DNA from: Clostridiales bacterium
GTDB taxonomy: Bacteria > Bacillota > Clostridia > Christensenellales > CAG-138
Length of the DNA: 64,000 nucleotides
Direction of reading: 5' to 3'
Assembly (NCBI GenBank): GCA_024691085.1
Contig: JAILNX010000018.1
Span: 156,591 to 220,590, forward strand
Below are positions 58,494 to 64,000 of the stretch, one piece after another. A program made the translations under genes and the position numbers. The first letter of the stretch is position 1; each line of letters begins with the position of its first letter. The notes beneath the pieces are model-generated. The model made no database searches. It saw only the letters and a program-made list of their open reading frames with translations, and had not been told where the DNA came from.

Positions 58494-59819
58494 ATGAACG
58501 AACTATCGAAAAAACTTATTGAAGCGGTAAAAAAAGACCTTACCCCGTCTCTCGGCGTGACCGAGCCGGGCGCTATCGCGTACGCCGCGGCTGAGGCGGC
58601 GAGAGCCGTCGGCGGAAAAGTTTCAGGCGTGACCGTAAGGCTCAATTCCGGCATTTACAAAAACTCGTTCACATGCGCCGTACCGGGCACGGACGGCATG
58701 GGCTGCGCGCTCGCGGCGGCGCTCGGCGCTGTCGCGGGAGATCCCAAGAAGAAACTCCTTTCGACGGAAGGCGCAAGTCCCGATGAGATAAGCGAGGCAA
58801 AGAGGCTCGTTTCGGAGGGCAAAGCGCGTGCGGAGCTTGCCGCGATCTCGCCCGAGGTCTTCATAGAGGCGGAGGTAGAAACGGAGAACGGCGTTTCCCG
58901 CGCCGTCGTTTCCGGCAGGCACGACAGGCTTACCGGGCTTACCGTGAACGAAAAGGATATCCCCGTAAGCGGCGCAGTCGAGGCATTGAAAGCGCCGTTC
59001 AGAGTATCGTCCGTTTCGTTCGACGACGTCATTGAGTGCGTCGAGACCGCGGAGGGACTTGAGTTCCTTGACAGCGCGGTCAAAATGGATCTTGACCTTC
59101 TCGCCGCGGGCGAGAAGCAAGGCCTCGTTCCGCTTACGCTTTCGCGGTTCCCGAGCGGAGATCACCGCGCTTCGGAGTGGAGCTTCGCGGAATACATGAC
59201 CTGCGGCGCGATCGAGGCGCGCGTAAGGGGCGCCGACGCCCCCGCCATGGCGATAACCGGCTCGGGCAGTCACGGCATACTCTGCATGCTTCCCGTTTTC
59301 GCCTCGGCGGAGTTTGAGGGAGCCGCGTCCGGCAGGACGATCGGAAAGCCGATCCTCCGGCGCGCGCTTCTGCTTTCGGCGCTTGTCACCATGTATATCA
59401 AGGAGTGCTCCGGGCTCCTCTCGACCGCCTGCGGCTGCGTATTGGCAGGCGGCACCGGAGCTGCGCTCGGACTTACCTATCTTCTTGCAAAGATCCCTCC
59501 CGACGTGACGGAAGACATGAGCGCGCTTAAGGAAATGCTGACCGACGCGCTCGATTCCATGGCGGCTTCCGTTACGGGAATGATCTGTCACGGAGGCAAT
59601 ACCGGCTGTTCCCTAAAGGCGGCGGTCGGAGTCGATATGGCGTTTACTGCCGCCCGAATGGCAGTGAACGGCTTCGGCGCGGAAAGCGTGCACGGGATTC
59701 TCGGCGCATCGCCCGAGGAGACGATAAGGAACATGGGACGCGTTTCGCGCGATATGCTTCCGGTCGAAAAGACGATACTTGACATTATGAGTTGTAAAGA
59801 CGGCGGCAAACTGTTATAA
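58494..59819 (+). CDS. UPF0597 / serine-dehydratase-alpha-like protein (cysteine desulfidase family)
   Basis: LTPSLGVTEPGAIAYAAA N-terminal motif. Start placed at MNELSKK, right after the mfd stop. Confidence 0.8.
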   Translation: MNELSKKLIEAVKKDLTPSLGVTEPGAIAYAAAEAARAVGGKVSGVTVRLNSGIYKNSFTCAVPGTDGMGCALAAALGAVAGDPKKKLLSTEGASPDEISEAKRLVSEGKARAELAAISPEVFIEAEVETENGVSRAVVSGRHDRLTGLTVNEKDIPVSGAVEALKAPFRVSSVSFDDVIECVETAEGLEFLDSAVKMDLDLLAAGEKQGLVPLTLSRFPSGDHRASEWSFAEYMTCGAIEARVRGADAPAMAITGSGSHGILCMLPVFASAEFEGAASGRTIGKPILRRALLLSALVTMYIKECSGLLSTACGCVLAGGTGAALGLTYLLAKIPPDVTEDMSALKEMLTDALDSMAASVTGMICHGGNTGCSLKAAVGVDMAFTAARMAVNGFGAESVHGILGASPEETIRNMGRVSRDMLPVEKTILDIMSCKDGGKLL

Positions 59820-59849
59820 TCATATAAAGCATTATTTTGGGAGGAAGTT

Positions 59850-60857
59850 ATGGAATACGTACCGTTCGGAAATACAGGCATGACCGTTTCGCGCGTCGGC
59901 TTCGGCGGGATCCCCATCCAGCGCATCGACGCCGAGGGAACGAAGAAGCTGTTTGAAAAGCTCGTCGAGTGCGGCGTTAACTACATCGACACCGCGAGGG
60001 GCTATACCGTGAGCGAGGAATACATAGGCTTCGCGATCGACTCCCTGGGCATAAGGGACAAGCTCTATCTTGCGACGAAGAGCATGGCCGCAACGAAGGA
60101 CGCCATGGCGAAGGATATCGAAACGAGCCTTAAAAACCTTCGCACGGATCACATCGACCTCTATCAGATCCACAATCCGTCGATGGAAAAGCTCGACACC
60201 ATACTTGCTCCCGGCGGCGCTCTCGAGGCGCTTTACGAGGCGAAGGAGGCCGGCAAGATCCTCCACCTGGGACTTACCTGCCACAGCGCGAAGGTATTCG
60301 AGAGGGCTTTGGGGCTCGACTTCGTCGAGTCGATCATGTTCCCCTACAACATCGTCGAGACGCAGGGCAGGGAGCTCGTCGAAAAATGCCGTGAATGCGG
60401 CAAGGCGTTCATCGCCATGAAGCCGCTCGCGGGCGGCGCGATCGAGGACGGAAGAAGCGCGATGCGCTATCTGCTGACCGATCCCGGCGTCACGGTCGTT
60501 ATTCCGGGAATGTATCTTGAAAGCGAGATCGAGGAGAACACCTCCTTCGGATCCTCCCCGCTGACCGATGACGAGAAGGAGAGGATCGCCGCGATCAGAA
60601 AGAGCCTCACCGGCAATTTCTGCCGCAGATGCAATTACTGCGCGCCGTGCACGGTCGGCATAAACATACCCAGCGTGTTCCTGTTCGAGGGCTATCTTGA
60701 AAGGTACGGGCTCGAGGATTGGGCGAGGGGCCGCTACGCTTCCCTCCCCGTGAAGGCGTCCGCGTGCGTAAAGTGCGGCGCGTGTGAAACGCGCTGCCCC
60801 TACGAGCTTCCGATCCGTCAGATGCTCGAGAGGGCCGCAAAGGCTTTCGGTGAATAA
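59850..60857 (+). CDS. Aldo/keto reductase with C-terminal 4Fe-4S ferredoxin-type cysteine clusters
   Basis: GFGGIPIQR...IDTARGY...DLYQIHN, then CRRCNYCAPC and CVKCGACETRCP. Confidence 0.85.
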   Translation: MEYVPFGNTGMTVSRVGFGGIPIQRIDAEGTKKLFEKLVECGVNYIDTARGYTVSEEYIGFAIDSLGIRDKLYLATKSMAATKDAMAKDIETSLKNLRTDHIDLYQIHNPSMEKLDTILAPGGALEALYEAKEAGKILHLGLTCHSAKVFERALGLDFVESIMFPYNIVETQGRELVEKCRECGKAFIAMKPLAGGAIEDGRSAMRYLLTDPGVTVVIPGMYLESEIEENTSFGSSPLTDDEKERIAAIRKSLTGNFCRRCNYCAPCTVGINIPSVFLFEGYLERYGLEDWARGRYASLPVKASACVKCGACETRCPYELPIRQMLERAAKAFGE

Positions 60858-60896
60858 CGAGAATAAAAAGAGCCGCTGAAGAGCGGCTCTTTTGTT

Positions 60897-61103
60897 TTAT
60901 CTCGGGATGCATACAAGGAACAGTACCGCCGCGGTGAGCATGAGTACCAGCAGCACCAGGAGCCACTGCGGCGCGAGGAACAGAAGCGCGGTGAAGACCG
61001 CTCCTGAAAGAAGTAGGACGCAGAGCCTTAACCCAATTTTCGGCTCCGGGCGTCTTCTTCTTACCCTTTGACATCTTCTGCAAAAGTTTACGCCGAAAAG
61101 CAT
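60897..61103 (-). CDS. Possible small membrane protein (68 aa)
   Basis: Two hydrophobic helices and a G-rich RBS-like sequence; no recognisable family. Confidence 0.35.
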   Translation of the reverse strand: MLFGVNFCRRCQRVRRRRPEPKIGLRLCVLLLSGAVFTALLFLAPQWLLVLLVLMLTAAVLFLVCIPR

Positions 61104-61282
61104 ATACTCCCCCCTTTTATCGTTTCTAAAATCTATTCGCGGACGGGAAAAAACATGAAAAAAAGAATAAAATATATTTAAAATGCTATTGATTGAAGCC
61201 TTGCCTGATGATAAAATAGTATGAATGGATATTTATGTCCCCACGGGGGCGTTGCCATATATCTCATATTAGGAGAAAACCA

Positions 61283-62323
61283 ATGGGTTTGTTTGAGTTT
61301 AACGACGTTGGTATCGATCTCGGTACTTCCAGCGTTCTTGTATATGTACATAATAAAGGCATCGTTCTGCGCGAGCCGAGCGTCGTCGCAGTCGAAAAGA
61401 TCACAGGTCACATCTACGCGGTCGGCGAGGAAGCGCGCCGCATGCTCGGGCGCACGCCGGGCAACATCATTGCGATAAGGCCTCTCCGCGACGGCGTTAT
61501 ATCAAACTTCGACATAACCGAAAGACTTCTGCGTCATTTCCTCAAAAAGGTCGTCGGCACGAGGGTGTTCTTTAAGCCCCGCGTGGTCGTTTGCGTACCC
61601 TCCGGCGTTACCGAGGTCGAGAAGCGTTCCGTTATCGACGCGACCGAGGAGGCCGGCGCAAGGCATACCTACCTTATCGAGGAGCCCATCGCCGCGGCTA
61701 TCGGCGCGGGCATCGACATCTCCCAGCCGCGCGGCAATATGGTCGTCGATATCGGCGGCGGCACTACCGACGTCGCGATAATCTCCCTCGGCGGCTCGGT
61801 ACTTTCCGAGTCCATCAAGGTCGCGGGCGACAAGTTCGACGACGCCATCGTCCGCTATATGAGAAAGAAGCACAATCTTCTCATCGGCGAGCGCACGGCC
61901 GAGGATATGAAGATAAGGATCGGCTCCGCCTACCCGAGGAAGGAGCAGCTTTACATCGACGTCAAGGGCAGGAACCTCATCTCCGGTCTGCCCCAGGCCA
62001 TTACCATCGGCTCGAACGAGATGATCGACGCCCTTGAGGAGCCTTTGCAGAACATCCTCGAGACCGTCAGGAACCTTTTCGAAAAGACTCCGCCCGAGCT
62101 TGCTTCCGATATCGCGGAGAACGGCATCTGCCTCACCGGCGGCGGCGCTCTCCTCTACGGTATGGACAAATTCGTTTCAGAGCACACCAAGGTCCCCTGC
62201 TACGTCGCCGAGGATCCCATCTCCTGCGTCGCGATAGGCACGGGCAAGGTGCTCGACAATATCGAGAAGTATTCGATCAGCGCGCTTTACGACTATAAGC
62301 GCGGAGACTACTTCGAATCGTAA
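61283..62323 (+). CDS. mreB: Rod-shape-determining actin homolog MreB
   Basis: VGIDLGTSSVLVY...DIGGGTTDVAI...LTGGGALL. AGGAGA RBS; start placed at MGLFEF. Confidence 0.93.
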   Translation: MGLFEFNDVGIDLGTSSVLVYVHNKGIVLREPSVVAVEKITGHIYAVGEEARRMLGRTPGNIIAIRPLRDGVISNFDITERLLRHFLKKVVGTRVFFKPRVVVCVPSGVTEVEKRSVIDATEEAGARHTYLIEEPIAAAIGAGIDISQPRGNMVVDIGGGTTDVAIISLGGSVLSESIKVAGDKFDDAIVRYMRKKHNLLIGERTAEDMKIRIGSAYPRKEQLYIDVKGRNLISGLPQAITIGSNEMIDALEEPLQNILETVRNLFEKTPPELASDIAENGICLTGGGALLYGMDKFVSEHTKVPCYVAEDPISCVAIGTGKVLDNIEKYSISALYDYKRGDYFES

Positions 62324-62385
62324 ACGCGAACAGCTTTTTCGGGCGCAAGGCAATACCTTTGCGCCTGTTTTTATAGGAGGTTTTT

Positions 62386-63882
62386 ATGAAGGATTATTCG
62401 TCTTTGCAGAACGGAAGCGACATAAGAGGCGTCGCGCTTGAAGTTCCCGGCGGAAAGCCCGTGAACCTCACATTAGGCGCGGCGCGCGATATAGGCGCCG
62501 CCTTTGCGCGCTGGCTCGCAAAGAAGTATCAAAAAGCGGCCTGCGAGCTGAGGATCGCGATCGGACGCGACTCCCGCGTTACGGGCGAAGCCGTATCCCG
62601 CGCTCTCAGCGAGGGTATCGCCCTTGCCGGCGCAATGCCCGAATCGACCGGCCTTGCCTCCACCCCCGCCATGTTCATGTGCTGCGCGGAGGGACCTTAT
62701 GACGGAGGCATCATGGTCACCGCGAGCCATCTTCCCTACGAGCGCAACGGCATGAAGTTCTTCACCAAGGAATCCGGCCTTGAAAAAGCGGACATCAAGG
62801 AGATACTCGCAGACGCCGAAACCAAGTCCGAAGCCGCGGAGTGCGACGTCATGACGCCGTATATCGACGGTCTTAAGAACAAGATCGTCTCCGCTCTCGG
62901 AAGCGATAAGCCCTTCTCCGGCATGAAGATAATCGTCGACGCAGGCAACGGCGCGGGCGGCTTCTTCGCCGAGCGTCTGCTTTCGCCTCTCGGAGCGGAC
63001 ATCACGGGCAGCCTGTATCTTGAGCCGGACGGACGTTTCCCCAACCATCAGCCCAACCCCGAAAACAAGGAAGCGATGGACTGCATCACGAAGGCCGTCA
63101 TCGACAACGGCGCGGACATGGGCATAGTATTCGATACGGACGTCGACCGCGCTGGGGCCGTTCTTCCCGACGGAAAGGGCGGTGCGCTCGCGCTTGACAG
63201 GAACCGTCTCATCGCCATGATGACCGCCATACTTGCGAAGCAGTACGGCCCCATCACCGTGGTCACCGATTCCGTCACGTCGACGGGACTTAACGAGTTC
63301 ATCGAAGGTCTCGGCTGCCGCCATCACCGCTTCAAGAGGGGTTACCGCAACGTCATCAACGAGGCGAAAAGGCTTATGGCGGAAGGCGAAAACGCGATAT
63401 TCGCCATGGAGACCAGCGGTCACGGCGCTTTATACGAGAACTATTTCCTGGACGACGGCGCGTACATCATCGTGAAGCTTTTGATCGAGCTCGTCGAGGC
63501 GAAGCGCGAAGGCAAGGAGCTTACCGACCTTATCAAAGACCTGCGCGAGCCCGCCGAGAGCTTCGAGGCGAGGCTGCCCGTCAATTCTCCCGATTTCGTG
63601 CCGATCACCGAAAAGGTGCTCGATATGGTCGAAAGGCATTTCGCCTCCCTTGAGGGCTTCGGCATCGTCCCCAACAACTATGAGGGCGTGCGCGTCAACG
63701 CGGACGCGGAGCACGGAAACGGCTGGTTCCTGATAAGGAGGAGCCTGCACGATCCTCTTATGCCGACGAACCTCGAAAGCGACGAAGCGGGCGGCGTAAA
63801 GCTCATCGCGAAGGCGCTTTACGACTGCCTAAAAACCGTTCCCGAGCTTGACCTTGCCTCCCTTGAGGCTTTGACGAAATGA
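62386..63882 (+). CDS. Phosphohexomutase (phosphomannomutase/phosphoglucomutase family)
   Basis: Active-site loop TASHLP, metal loop FDTDVDR, sugar loop ETSGH. Confidence 0.9.
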   Translation: MKDYSSLQNGSDIRGVALEVPGGKPVNLTLGAARDIGAAFARWLAKKYQKAACELRIAIGRDSRVTGEAVSRALSEGIALAGAMPESTGLASTPAMFMCCAEGPYDGGIMVTASHLPYERNGMKFFTKESGLEKADIKEILADAETKSEAAECDVMTPYIDGLKNKIVSALGSDKPFSGMKIIVDAGNGAGGFFAERLLSPLGADITGSLYLEPDGRFPNHQPNPENKEAMDCITKAVIDNGADMGIVFDTDVDRAGAVLPDGKGGALALDRNRLIAMMTAILAKQYGPITVVTDSVTSTGLNEFIEGLGCRHHRFKRGYRNVINEAKRLMAEGENAIFAMETSGHGALYENYFLDDGAYIIVKLLIELVEAKREGKELTDLIKDLREPAESFEARLPVNSPDFVPITEKVLDMVERHFASLEGFGIVPNNYEGVRVNADAEHGNGWFLIRRSLHDPLMPTNLESDEAGGVKLIAKALYDCLKTVPELDLASLEALTK

Positions 63883-64000
63883 GGATATTCGACACCCACG
63901 CGCATTACTCCGACAAGCGCTTCGACGATGACCGTGAGGCCGTATTGAATAAGCTCCGCGGATCGAACGTGGAGCTTGTGACCGACGTCGCCTGCGATTT
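63879..64000 (+). CDS. TatD-family hydrolase, 5' fragment (runs off the window)
   Basis: MRIFDTHAHYSDKRFDDDREAVL... Its ATG overlaps the upstream stop (ATGA). Confidence 0.75.
   Translation, partial: MRIFDTHAHYSDKRFDDDREAVLNKLRGSNVELVTDVACD

Overview
Visibly GC-rich chromosomal segment of a spore-forming, Clostridia-type Firmicute. The lineage call is an inference from two alpha/beta SASP genes, a spoIVFA/spoIVFB-like pair, a SpoVB/MurJ-type flippase and CIRCE-controlled groESL. A dockerin-bearing secreted protein hints at a Ruminococcaceae/Oscillospiraceae-like lineage. Most of the window is housekeeping: groESL, tgt, a yggS-sepF-DivIVA block, mfd, mreB, a phosphohexomutase, many peptidases (M16, M18, two M28, M3B PepF, S41, M50), and a 2380-aa cyclic beta-1,2-glucan synthase-like gene. 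No CRISPR array, transposase, integrase or prophage genes were seen. The long ORFs lying antisense to real genes are GC artefacts. The most unusual content is non-coding. (1) tRNA-Trp is followed by two exact-period 162-nt units and tRNA-Pro by one 210-nt unit. Each unit ends in an exact copy of the tRNA 3' acceptor end plus CCA, carries its own hairpin terminator, and shows compensatory stem changes between copies. (2) Next to the tRNA-Trp locus is a ~190-bp dyad-symmetric ladder of small hairpins separated by GTGATGT / ACATCAC heptamers. Other leads: an SNF2 helicase that looks like the helicase half of the large methylase-helicase proteins of mobile elements, but has no methylase or mobile context; an XRE-S24 (LexA-like) repressor with Cys at the nucleophile position, a shared operator-like motif in both divergent promoters, and a 45-aa membrane peptide; a leader-ORF/terminator attenuator candidate upstream of an ABC exporter; a sortase operon whose candidate substrate has a non-canonical sorting motif; three probable leaderless genes; and a cluster of uncharacterised small membrane proteins. 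All calls come from reading the sequence and the ORF track. No database search was run.
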